A stretch of DNA of 64,000 nucleotides, from assembly GCA_043776915.1 (NCBI GenBank), contig JAYVQT010000003.1, positions 26,187 through 90,186 on the forward strand. Reading direction: 5' to 3'. Source of the stretch: Minisyncoccota bacterium (lineage in GTDB: Bacteria > Patescibacteriota > Minisyncoccia > Phycocordibacterales > UBA9973). Numbering within the stretch: position 1 is the first letter of the stretch; the number at the start of each line of letters is the position of its first letter. The notes below the pieces were generated by a model. The model was not told the origin of the DNA and did no database searches. It saw only the letters and a program-made list of their open reading frames with translations. The translations under genes were made by a program, and so were the position numbers. Shown here in pieces: positions 48,978 through 57,950 of the stretch.

Positions 48978-49059
48978 GCCAGAGTGGCGAAATTGGTAAC
49001 CGCAATCGACTCAAAATCGATCGTCGCAAGACTTGGGAGTTCGAGTCTCCCCTCTGGCA
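48978..49059 (+). tRNA. tRNA-Leu (anticodon CAA), long variable arm
   Basis: Manual fold: acceptor GCCAGAG/CTCTGGC, anticodon stem ATCGA/TCGAT, loop CTCAAAA, variable arm, T-arm GGAGT-TCGAGTC-TCC. Confidence 0.85.
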
Positions 49060-49068
49060 CATATGTAT

Positions 49069-50091
49069 TTAGACAAACTCAGGTTCAGCTTCAAGTAAGA
49101 TGCCAAATTTATCAAATACAATTTTGATGATTTCATCACGGGTGTTCTCCACATCGCTTCGTGTGGCACCACCAGTGTTTATAAGTACCATAGCGTTATT
49201 TACATACGAAGAAATAGTACCAAATTTTTTACCTTTTAATCCCGCAGTTTCAATAAGAAAGCCTGCGGGTACCTTCGTGTGAGTTTTATCAACAGAGAAT
49301 GTTATCATAGTAGGATATAACTCCATAAGCTTTTTTGCTGTTTCATTCTGAACAATCGGATTCTTAAAAAATGAGCCTACATTTGAGATCTCTTTGGGAT
49401 TGGGTAATTTTATACTACGAATAGCTATAATTGCGCTGCGAATTTCTTGAAGTGTTGGATTAGTAATCTTTTTCTCATCAAAATATTTCTTTACCTCTGG
49501 ATACTGAGGAATCGTAGGCACTACCTTTAACAGGCGTAGAATTGTACTTGTAATTACATATCGTCGTTTTTCTTTTCCTTTAAAAATACTATTTCTATAT
49601 GAAAACTCACACTCGGCATTTGTAAATGTTTTCCATACGTTCTTCGTCGTATCAAATACCTCTAAGGATACTAGTGTATCCTTAATCTCTTGTCCGTATG
49701 CGCCAACGTTCTGTACAGGAGTCGCACCAGTTGTGCCAGGAATTGCTGAAAGCGCTTCAATACCTGATAGATTCATAGCAACTGTACGGGCAACAACAGA
49801 ATCCCAATTCTCTCCAGCGCCAATTTTTATATCAGTATAATTTTCTTCGTCATGTATAATTTCAAAACCTTCAAATTGAATATGGACTACAACTTTCTCA
49901 AACACTCCATCAGGAAAAACTATATTTGAGCCTCCACCAAGAATATGCACCGGTATATTTTTCTCTTGTGCAAATTGGTAGAGTGCTGGCAACTCAGCCA
50001 CATCATGTACTTCGGTAAAATAGCGACACTGCCCTCCAACTTTGAAAGTGCAATAGTTCTTGATATCCACATATTCTTTGATAGCTAACAT
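49069..50091 (-). CDS. murB: UDP-N-acetylenolpyruvoylglucosamine reductase
   Basis: FAD-binding N-terminal KVGGQCRYF...ILGGGSNIVF and MurB C-terminal domain. Confidence 0.85.
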   Translation of the reverse strand: MLAIKEYVDIKNYCTFKVGGQCRYFTEVHDVAELPALYQFAQEKNIPVHILGGGSNIVFPDGVFEKVVVHIQFEGFEIIHDEENYTDIKIGAGENWDSVVARTVAMNLSGIEALSAIPGTTGATPVQNVGAYGQEIKDTLVSLEVFDTTKNVWKTFTNAECEFSYRNSIFKGKEKRRYVITSTILRLLKVVPTIPQYPEVKKYFDEKKITNPTLQEIRSAIIAIRSIKLPNPKEISNVGSFFKNPIVQNETAKKLMELYPTMITFSVDKTHTKVPAGFLIETAGLKGKKFGTISSYVNNAMVLINTGGATRSDVENTRDEIIKIVFDKFGILLEAEPEFV

Positions 50092-50093
50092 AT

Positions 50094-50121
50094 TGCTATT
50101 ATATCATATATGATATACAAT
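50094..50121 (+). promoter_or_regulatory. Candidate promoter (TTGCTA, 17-nt spacer, TACAAT) for murA, overlapping the murB start region
   Basis: TTGCTA at 50093-50098 and TACAAT at 50116-50121. This places the -10 inside the ORF-track N-terminal extension and supports the 50146 start. Confidence 0.4.
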
Positions 50122-50145
50122 AATCAAATAACAATATATTCAGAT

Positions 50146-51654
50146 ATGAAAAAAACACAAACACAGAAAATAGGCTTCTTTATCAGAGAGTTGCGAGAAA
50201 AGAAAAAGCTGACTCAAGAGGCATTTGCCCAAGAACTTGGCACATCTCAATCAGCTGTCGCCCGAATGGAGAAAGGCGAGCAAAACTTCACTACCGAATT
50301 ACTTTCTAAAATAAGTGGAATACTCGAGCATCAAATTGTATCTATAAATAAATCTATGGATTTTCAAGTAGTTGGTGGTAAGAAATTACACGGCAGTATC
50401 ACGACGACATTTTCCAAAAATGGTTCTGTTGGTTTACTGTGCGCTACACTTTTAAACAAAGGAACCACAACACTCCACGGCATTGCTCGAATCGAAGAAG
50501 TCTATCGTGTGATTGAAATACTCGAAAGTATTGGTGTCGAAATAAAATGGACAGCTCCCAATACCGTCGTCGTCACACCACCCAAAATATTTACACTGAG
50601 TTCACTCAATGTGGAATCAGCAATTAAAACCCGATCAATCATAATGCTGATTGGTCCGTTAATCCATATATTACCTTCATTCTCTATCCCTCACGCTCAA
50701 GGATGCAAGCTCGGCAAGCGCACGATCTCAGCTCATACATACGCACTCGAAGAGCTTGGTGTTAAAATTAAAACCACAAATACTACATATGAAGTACATA
50801 TGACGAAGCTTAAGTCCTCTGATATTATCATGTACGAATCAGGCGACACTGCCTGCGAAAATATCCTCATGGCTGCGTCAAAAATTGAAGGAACCACAAC
50901 TATTGAATGTGCGAGTGGTAACTATATGGTTCAGGAAGTCGGCTTCTTTCTTCAAGCACTCGGCGTAAAAATCGAAGGTATCGGCTCAGGCACGCTTATC
51001 GTTCACGGAGTAAAAGATATACATATAAATCTTGAATACCATAATAGTGAAGACCCTATTGAATCGATGATGTTCATCTCCGCTGCGATAGCAACAGATT
51101 CCGAGCTTACTATACATCGTTGCCCGATAGATTTTCTAACACTTGAACTGTATCGACTCAAGAAAATGGGATTAAAATACAAAGTCCTTAAAAAATACGT
51201 TTCTAGGAATGAAAAAACAAAACTCGTCGATATACAAATTATGCCGAGTATTCTAAAAGCCCCATATGATAAAATTCATGCAAATCCATATCCTGGAATC
51301 AACATCGATAATCTTCCCTTCTTTGTGCCAATCGCTATACGAGCCCAAGGTACAACACTTATTCATGATTGGTTCTATGAGAATCGTGCAATTTATGCGA
51401 CCGAACTCAATAGGCTCGGAGCCAACGTTACTCTCGTCGATGCTCATCGTGTCTATATCACAGGAGGCACACCTCTTACTGCTGCCCAAGTCGTCTGCCC
51501 GCCAGCACTTCGCCCTTCTATGGTTATCCTGATATCAATGCTCGCTGCCGAAGGCACTTCTATACTTCGCAATGTCTATATGATAAAACGAGGCTATGAG
51601 GACGTCGCTGAGCGCTTGAACTCCATCGGTGCAGAGATTACCATACTGAAATAA
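50146..51654 (+). CDS. murA: UDP-N-acetylglucosamine 1-carboxyvinyltransferase (MurA) with N-terminal XRE-type HTH domain fusion
   Basis: Residues ~10-65 form an HTH_XRE-like domain (LRELREKKKLTQEAFAQELGTSQSAVARMEKGEQNFTTELLSKI). The EPT-fold MurA body follows, with the active-site Cys loop AQGCKLGKR. The ORF-track start at 50110 is also possible. Confidence 0.85.
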   Translation: MKKTQTQKIGFFIRELREKKKLTQEAFAQELGTSQSAVARMEKGEQNFTTELLSKISGILEHQIVSINKSMDFQVVGGKKLHGSITTTFSKNGSVGLLCATLLNKGTTTLHGIARIEEVYRVIEILESIGVEIKWTAPNTVVVTPPKIFTLSSLNVESAIKTRSIIMLIGPLIHILPSFSIPHAQGCKLGKRTISAHTYALEELGVKIKTTNTTYEVHMTKLKSSDIIMYESGDTACENILMAASKIEGTTTIECASGNYMVQEVGFFLQALGVKIEGIGSGTLIVHGVKDIHINLEYHNSEDPIESMMFISAAIATDSELTIHRCPIDFLTLELYRLKKMGLKYKVLKKYVSRNEKTKLVDIQIMPSILKAPYDKIHANPYPGINIDNLPFFVPIAIRAQGTTLIHDWFYENRAIYATELNRLGANVTLVDAHRVYITGGTPLTAAQVVCPPALRPSMVILISMLAAEGTSILRNVYMIKRGYEDVAERLNSIGAEITILK

Positions 51655-51703
51655 TACCCTAAAATTTAGACAAGAATAATAAAATATTTACTAGCTTTTG
51701 GTT

Positions 51704-52486
51704 TTATATTTTCTTAACCTCAAAACACATAAAGAGTGGAATCTCTTTGCGAGCTATATCTTCTGCTTTTTGGCGAGGTCCATTCTGGCTTTGCTTGTGG
51801 GAAATCCACTCTTCGAGGCGAGAAACGGCAAAGCCATTCTTGGCAAATAACTTTACATAGTACTGAAGTGGTCGGTGAAATGAAATTGTTTTAATTTTCT
51901 TTTTAATATCTTTCTCGCCCGGCGTCATATCGATCGATACTTTTGTTTCAGAAAGATATTTGCCGATAATCCGATACTGTGTCCCATCTTTAAAATACCA
52001 GTCGCTTCCTTGTGGTACACGAAAACTTGGGTGATTCAATACGAAGACAATCCTACCAGTCTTTTTTAAAATACGCTTGCACTCCATGAGTACTTCATTC
52101 ACATTCTCAATATTCTGAATTGAAAGAATAATAGTAATAACATCAATTGAATTATCTTTCAGAAATAGCGCCTTATGAGCTGGTGTAGTATAAAATTTTA
52201 TATCTTTTGGAGAATTCTTTATAGCTGCCTCAATCAACTTCTTTGATAAGTCAGAAGCGGTGATGGTCGCACCACTTTTGTAAAATAGATTTGTGAAATA
52301 ACCCTGTCCGCATGCTAGATCGTACACCTGCTCACCTTTCTTTAAATCAAGTACACGAAGTAAGTTCGGTGCAATAACTTTCGACTGATAGCTATCAGTG
52401 TCATTCTTTAAAAGGTCATCGTACCAGTTGGCAACGTTGTTCCATGAAGTATCTTTTAGTTTCTTATGCAAAGGATTATTATTCAT
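51704..52486 (-). CDS. Class I SAM-dependent methyltransferase
   Basis: Motif I VYDLACGQGYF and a Rossmann-fold pattern. Confidence 0.7.
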   Translation of the reverse strand: MNNNPLHKKLKDTSWNNVANWYDDLLKNDTDSYQSKVIAPNLLRVLDLKKGEQVYDLACGQGYFTNLFYKSGATITASDLSKKLIEAAIKNSPKDIKFYTTPAHKALFLKDNSIDVITIILSIQNIENVNEVLMECKRILKKTGRIVFVLNHPSFRVPQGSDWYFKDGTQYRIIGKYLSETKVSIDMTPGEKDIKKKIKTISFHRPLQYYVKLFAKNGFAVSRLEEWISHKQSQNGPRQKAEDIARKEIPLFMCFEVKKI

Positions 52487-52542
52487 GTGCCTAGTATAGC
52501 AAAAATTCTTTAAAAACCTGCTTCCTCGACAGTATGTAAAAA

Positions 52543-54009
52543 CTATTCAATAATAGTCATGTCTGATGCGGTAAGTCCTTTATCTAAGTCATCATGAGTG
52601 GAAGTTTTCTTACGGAGAAGAATGACACTTGCAATTGCAATAATTATAATAAAAATAAGTCCTATCTCAGTCAACATATTGTTTGATATTTTCACCTTTG
52701 CATTATCAGCGCTTGCCCCGAGAGTATTTAGGTCGATAACTCCGGGTTCTGCCATTTTTATCTTTTCTAGTTGCATCATCTCTTCTGTATTTGGTATTGA
52801 TTGTATTTTATTTTCAACTGATGCGCTGTGCTGTATGGGAACTTTTATTTTCGAAAGAGTCGGAGTAGTCAGTGGATAAAAGGCTGTATTTTCCCTATAT
52901 GGATTTTGAAGTGTAACTGATTTTAAATCTTCTGCTATAAAACCTGTTCGTCGTGGTGAGAATTTTAATTTATTTTTGGGTAACATTATTGTATTACCCG
53001 GAATAGTAAAACTATGAGTAACTCCTTGTACAGTCCAGTTAGAAATATCTATCTCATAGCCGGATTTATTCTCGAGCTCGATATATGGATCGGTCTCAGC
53101 ACCAACAGAGCTAATAGAAATCTCAGGTGAAACAACTTTTATAATCATTCGATCGGTTGCATCGGGGTGACTTACCCAATAATTGGAATAATATGAAAGA
53201 GACAAAACGTAGTCACCGGGATAATCATATGTGTAGGTGAATTCTTTCTGTTCACTAAGAGTAGTTATCATACCGTCACCGAAATTCCAGACAAATTTTC
53301 CTCGTGTGAGTGGCTCTTTACTGAGGCCGAGCGTTTGGGCGTCAACAGTAAAAGACAAACCTGAAAACACAATATTCTTCGAAAGAATATTGGTGGTGAT
53401 TTTTGGTATCTCAACTTCTTTTTTTATGACTGGTTTTATTGACACAGAAGTACTCGCTCCTCCACCTCCAGCAGAAGTCATAGTCACTCCATTAGTACTT
53501 CCTGGTTGATTATCCTTACCAGGAGTAGGAGGAGCGCCTGACCACGATCCATTCAAAAATTGAAGTGAATTCCCATCCCCTGCTGCTCCTTGGCTTGAAG
53601 CAAAGATAACTGAGCTCACAATATTTTGATCAGGATCTTTCAGTGCAATCGTCTCACTATCATTATTAAACCCCGTCCAACTACTATCAAACAAGAGCCC
53701 AGAATAATGTGACCAATCAGCTTTAAATTTGGGAGTATTTTGTGCAATGACTGCATAACCACCAGCCGGTACTTCGGACAATCCTTGTGGTACGAGCGCA
53801 TGCTTAGTATTGTCTGAGAAAAAATACCACTTAGAAAGATCAGCAGGAGCAGTACTTGTATTATGCACTTCAATCCATTCACGATTCGTATCAGTTCCCT
53901 CAAGATCATACATAATCTCTGAAATTTCAAAGCTCGCTACTACCAAATGAGGCAACAAGAAAAGGACTAGTAGTAAAGCCAGATGTAGTTTTATTATTTT
54001 CTGAGACAT
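52543..54009 (-). CDS. Cell-surface protein with lamin-tail domain (LTD) and C-terminal TM anchor
   Basis: Signal peptide, LTD signature EIMYDLEGTDTNREWIEVHN and a C-terminal hydrophobic helix. Confidence 0.65.
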   Translation of the reverse strand: MSQKIIKLHLALLLVLFLLPHLVVASFEISEIMYDLEGTDTNREWIEVHNTSTAPADLSKWYFFSDNTKHALVPQGLSEVPAGGYAVIAQNTPKFKADWSHYSGLLFDSSWTGFNNDSETIALKDPDQNIVSSVIFASSQGAAGDGNSLQFLNGSWSGAPPTPGKDNQPGSTNGVTMTSAGGGGASTSVSIKPVIKKEVEIPKITTNILSKNIVFSGLSFTVDAQTLGLSKEPLTRGKFVWNFGDGMITTLSEQKEFTYTYDYPGDYVLSLSYYSNYWVSHPDATDRMIIKVVSPEISISSVGAETDPYIELENKSGYEIDISNWTVQGVTHSFTIPGNTIMLPKNKLKFSPRRTGFIAEDLKSVTLQNPYRENTAFYPLTTPTLSKIKVPIQHSASVENKIQSIPNTEEMMQLEKIKMAEPGVIDLNTLGASADNAKVKISNNMLTEIGLIFIIIIAIASVILLRKKTSTHDDLDKGLTASDMTIIE

Positions 54010-54021
54010 AGAGTGAGGATA

Positions 54022-56322
54022 TTATTCTAGTACTTTGAGTAATACTTCTTCAGGAACCTCTTTTCCGGCCACACGTTTCTGCCATTGACTACGTGGGATA
54101 TTTTGATTAGATTGATTCGTTTGTACAGAAGGACGTGATACTGCCTCCGGTTCAGATTTTGTTTCTACCGGATCAGGTTTCGGCATTGTAACTGATACGT
54201 TGGTATGAACCGTCACATTATGAATTGGCGTCGGCGCCACTGCTTCTGGTTCTGGTTCTGGAATCGGAATTGCCAGGCGCGTAACTGGAATTTCAACTTT
54301 TAGTGGAACTGGTTCTACGGCCGGTACGGGATGAGCTATTGCTTTCATTAAAAGTTCTTTCAGTGATGCTTTCTTATCTTCGGATGCTTCTTTAGTTGGA
54401 AGATGTATCGCGGTAGTATGATGAGACTTTTTTAATGTCGAAAGAGATACTGGAACAGCTGTAGCAGCTTTGACTGGAATTGCCTGTGGTGAAATTTTCG
54501 GCGCTGACTTTTTATGATCATCTTCAATTTTTTCAAGTAAACCTTTTAAAAGTGGCGATGGACCTACATGCTTACGCTCAACTGGCGTATACGTTGGACG
54601 ATTATTTTGTATTGATGCTCGTGGAGCCGAAGAATTGGTAGTTTTATTTTGTGTTTGCGGCAAAGGATTTAGGGGTACTGAACGCGGAGAACTTGTTGGA
54701 TATTTTTGCTGAATTTGTTGGATAGGTTGAGCGTCTCTGATCGGTCGCTGCGATAGAGCGCTCGGGGCTTTTGCTCCAGTATCAGCAAATTCAATACCAA
54801 GCATTGCAAGCGGTGCAGTTGAATTCTTTTCATCTTGGCGAGCTGAACGCGTAGCCACAAAGCCAGTCTGAGGCTTGAGCTCTCCGCTCTTAATCTTAAA
54901 CATACAATCTTTACAATAGACTGGTCGGCCCTCTTTCGGCTCGAATGGCACCATGGTTACTTTACCGCAGTTTGAGCAGTCAGCTTTAAACTTCGCCGCT
55001 TCATCACCAACTTGGAGCATACCGCTCCACTTTGATATTTCATTTTCAACTTCTTCACGGGGTCGAGCATAAAGCGAACGTGACATATCTATAATCTTTT
55101 CTTTGACTCCAGCTGATGGATCAATCGTCATCGGTGGAAGAGTGCTTGCCGAGAATGGTCGACTGGTTACGCCGTCAATCATGAGCTTCAAGTAGACGTG
55201 GTAGTTCGGCAAATTCACTAAGTCTTGCGCCGTAAACTCAGGCTCAAATTCTTTCTCAATAAATTCGGCATCATCGGCACCAACGCGGAAGATAACCATC
55301 GTGCCGACGTTACCAAAAACAGCATCACGGACTGCTGTACCATTTTCATTCGATAGTTGAGCTGTATACTGGTGAGCAATAATTAAATTGAGGCGATACT
55401 TACGAGCCTCAGAGAGAATGTTGGCAAATGAATCGGTCGCGAAGTTCTGGAATTCGTCAACATAGAGATAGAAATCTTTACGCTCATCTTCGGGAATACG
55501 CACGCGCTCCATGGCGGCGAGCTGAATTTTCGTAATAATCATACCTCCAAGAAGTGCTGAGTTATCTTCACCGACGCGCCCTTTTGAAACGTTCACGAGA
55601 AATATCTTCCCTTCGTTCATGATTTTAAATATATCAATCGTCGACTTTGACTGCCCGACAACATTACGAATAATAGATGTTGAGAGGAATTGGCCAACTT
55701 TGTTCTGAATTGGGGCAATGGCTTCATTACGGAATTGCTCACGCCACTGCTCGTACTCATGAACCCAGAAAGCTTTGACCACTGGATCTTTCAAGTTGCC
55801 GATAATCATCTGGCGATAATCTTTGTCGACAAGCAGACGCGGAATACCAAGGAGTGTCGTACCAGGAGTGTCGAGAAGTGCTAAGATAGCATTATTGAGA
55901 ATGTACTCCATACGAGAACTCCAGGCATTGGCCCAAATCTTTGTAAAAATTCCCATCAATCCTGAAGCGACCAAGTGCTTATACTTTGGATCATCGAGCG
56001 CAATGACATTGAATCCGACATTAAAATCAACATCAGCAGGATTAAAGTAGATGACATCTTTGGCACGATGATCAGGAATCAGATGAAGAATTTCTTCCAC
56101 AAGCTCACCGTGCGGATCCACCACACAAACACCCTCGCCATTATTGATATTCTGAACAATCAGATTTGAAAGGAGGACTGACTTACCTGTACCTGACTTT
56201 CCAAGTACATACATATGCTGACGACGATCGCGTCTCTTGATCCCAAAGGCATTCTTGGTGTTACGAAAATTCGTCCGACCGAAGTAAGTGATGTCTCGAT
56301 TTTGTGGGATATCGTTGTTCAT
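54022..56322 (-). CDS. VirD4/TraG-like (type IV coupling protein-like) P-loop ATPase lacking N-terminal TM, with long disordered C-terminal tail containing a CxxC...CxxC zinc ribbon
   Basis: Walker A VLGKSGTGKS and Walker B plus downstream YLYVDEFQNF...NLIIAHQYTAQL, which match the T4CP family pattern. Paralog of 62397-63875. Tail of about 330 aa rich in P/S/T/K. Confidence 0.6.
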   Translation of the reverse strand: MNNDIPQNRDITYFGRTNFRNTKNAFGIKRRDRRQHMYVLGKSGTGKSVLLSNLIVQNINNGEGVCVVDPHGELVEEILHLIPDHRAKDVIYFNPADVDFNVGFNVIALDDPKYKHLVASGLMGIFTKIWANAWSSRMEYILNNAILALLDTPGTTLLGIPRLLVDKDYRQMIIGNLKDPVVKAFWVHEYEQWREQFRNEAIAPIQNKVGQFLSTSIIRNVVGQSKSTIDIFKIMNEGKIFLVNVSKGRVGEDNSALLGGMIITKIQLAAMERVRIPEDERKDFYLYVDEFQNFATDSFANILSEARKYRLNLIIAHQYTAQLSNENGTAVRDAVFGNVGTMVIFRVGADDAEFIEKEFEPEFTAQDLVNLPNYHVYLKLMIDGVTSRPFSASTLPPMTIDPSAGVKEKIIDMSRSLYARPREEVENEISKWSGMLQVGDEAAKFKADCSNCGKVTMVPFEPKEGRPVYCKDCMFKIKSGELKPQTGFVATRSARQDEKNSTAPLAMLGIEFADTGAKAPSALSQRPIRDAQPIQQIQQKYPTSSPRSVPLNPLPQTQNKTTNSSAPRASIQNNRPTYTPVERKHVGPSPLLKGLLEKIEDDHKKSAPKISPQAIPVKAATAVPVSLSTLKKSHHTTAIHLPTKEASEDKKASLKELLMKAIAHPVPAVEPVPLKVEIPVTRLAIPIPEPEPEAVAPTPIHNVTVHTNVSVTMPKPDPVETKSEPEAVSRPSVQTNQSNQNIPRSQWQKRVAGKEVPEEVLLKVLE

Positions 56323-56368
56323 AGATTGATCTTATTATACAACAACATGTATCGTTTAAAAAGGGAAA

Positions 56369-56911
56369 TTAAATATACTTCTTCATTGCATTCATTAATT
56401 CAGGAAAAGTATCTTGCGGATAGAAGTGACCTTGGGTGAGCTCACGGTAATCACTTTTTAATTTTACACTTATAAACTGAGCTTCCTCTATTGGAATGAA
56501 TTCATCATCCACCGAACTAAATTGAATAATCCATCTTTGATTTTGTTTTATAGCATTCCAGTCCCATGATCCATCATAGTAGCCACTGACTTTCTCGCTG
56601 TCCAAACCAAGATCAGTATGGCATGGCGCAACCAAAACAGAACCTAAGAGTGTATGGTTCTCAGCATACCGCATAGCCGCTACTGCTCCAGATGAGTGCC
56701 CTATCAGAATAGTATTTTCATTTGTCCCTAAGCTTTCCAGAAACGGTAGCCAGTATGATCGGCGTGCAAGTGCTCCATCGGGGAATGTAGGAGTCAGCAC
56801 TTCGAGCCCTAACTTCTCAAGTTCTATCTTCGCATAAGAAAACCAACCATAGAGTGTATTCCCATCTCCCCCATTCCCTGGTAGAAATATAACTTTAGTA
56901 GTATTTTTCAT
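56369..56911 (-). CDS. Alpha/beta-fold serine hydrolase (YdeN/RBBP9-like, GHSxG)
   Basis: 180 aa with the nucleophile elbow LIGHSSGAV. Confidence 0.6.
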   Translation of the reverse strand: MKNTTKVIFLPGNGGDGNTLYGWFSYAKIELEKLGLEVLTPTFPDGALARRSYWLPFLESLGTNENTILIGHSSGAVAAMRYAENHTLLGSVLVAPCHTDLGLDSEKVSGYYDGSWDWNAIKQNQRWIIQFSSVDDEFIPIEEAQFISVKLKSDYRELTQGHFYPQDTFPELMNAMKKYI

Positions 56912-56929
56912 ATTTTTATAATTAGCTGT

Positions 56930-56965
56930 GTTTACATTTTTTGACAGCCGTCAAAAAATGTAAAC
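56930..56965. repeat. Perfect 16-bp inverted repeat with 4-nt spacer (gtttacattttttgac agcc gtcaaaaaatgtaaac)
   Basis: Read directly. It lies 1 nt after the stop of the upstream minus-strand gene and about 18 nt before the hydrolase start codon. Confidence 0.7.
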
Positions 56966-56966
56966 G

Positions 56967-57542
56967 TTATGTAGTATGTGTGAGCTTATAGTCAACAATT
57001 TGGCTGACCAGAATACCCCCGAAGCAAATAAGAATATAGCCAGTCATGGCTTCAAGATATGACAGAGGAATGTGGCCAAGCATGCCGAGCACAAAAGCTG
57101 AAAGCCACGACGCCAAAGACACCGAACCAAATGCAAAAGACATCTTGCGAATTTTTACATATTTATGACTCATATTAACGTCAGTAAAGTTAATCTTACG
57201 TAGGGCCGGATGAATGAGTTTTTGAAAAAGATAGCCGTTCACAATAATGACTCCCACAATACTCATTTTCACCAAGAATTTTGGCGAGTGAATATAGCTA
57301 TTCGGATCAGAGAGAAAAAGCGCAAGACCTGACAGAACAATGAAGAATAAACTAGTCCAGACAATGGTTGAGAGTGTACTGAGCGTTCGATCTTCGTTCG
57401 GTTGAATTTTCTTGTCCTTAATATACACATTAAATAAAATATCAGATATCAGCGCTGCGCCCATACCCACAACCACCGAGAGCACGTGAATAATAACTGA
57501 GATATATTTGTAATTACTAAAAAATTCTATTATGTCCTCCAT
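56967..57542 (-). CDS. Hypothetical membrane protein (about 5 TM)
   Basis: 191 aa, hydrophobic. Confidence 0.4.
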   Translation of the reverse strand: MEDIIEFFSNYKYISVIIHVLSVVVGMGAALISDILFNVYIKDKKIQPNEDRTLSTLSTIVWTSLFFIVLSGLALFLSDPNSYIHSPKFLVKMSIVGVIIVNGYLFQKLIHPALRKINFTDVNMSHKYVKIRKMSFAFGSVSLASWLSAFVLGMLGHIPLSYLEAMTGYILICFGGILVSQIVDYKLTHTT

Positions 57543-57569
57543 ATGAAAGTATTATACACGAATATACTA

Positions 57570-57950
57570 TTAATTCACTTCCTGCTGATAACACGACTCG
57601 CAATACACAATATCAGGTCGGTCAGATGCATAGGAGGTCTCGAATTTTTTTTGACATATACCTGAATGCTCATGGTTTTCCTGTGTACACATACATGAAC
57701 GATTAAATAGATTTCTCTCGGGTCTAAATTTAATACGTTTCTCGTAACGACAGTTGGGGCAAAAACGTGGAATAGGAATAACGTGCTCTCTATAGAATTT
57801 CAATTCTTCAGATACAATATTGTAATTCCGCTCACAACCTATACATTTTAGTACCTCACTGGTAATACTATCACTAATATCAAGAATACTATCAATTACA
57901 TTTTCTGGTGCTATGGTTTCTTTTCCTTTTCTTACGGGTATATCATCTTG
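57570..57950 (-). pseudogene. C-terminal portion of a split Cys-rich modular protein gene: in frame with upstream CDS 57951-59261, separated only by a single TAG
   Basis: The 126 codons after the TAG stop of 57951-59261 translate to QDDIPVRKGKETIAPENVIDSILDISDSITSEVLKCIGCERNYNIVSEELKFYREHVIPIPRFCPNCRYEKR...CESCYQQEVN, which is colinear with the C-terminus of paralog 59736-61454. There is no in-frame ATG. The ORF-track 77-aa call begins at a TTG. Confidence 0.5.
57613..57703. repeat. 91-nt segment with 1 mismatch to 59779-59869 (3' ends of the Cys-rich paralog genes)
   Basis: Direct comparison shows 90/91 identical. Flanks are more diverged. Confidence 0.8.
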
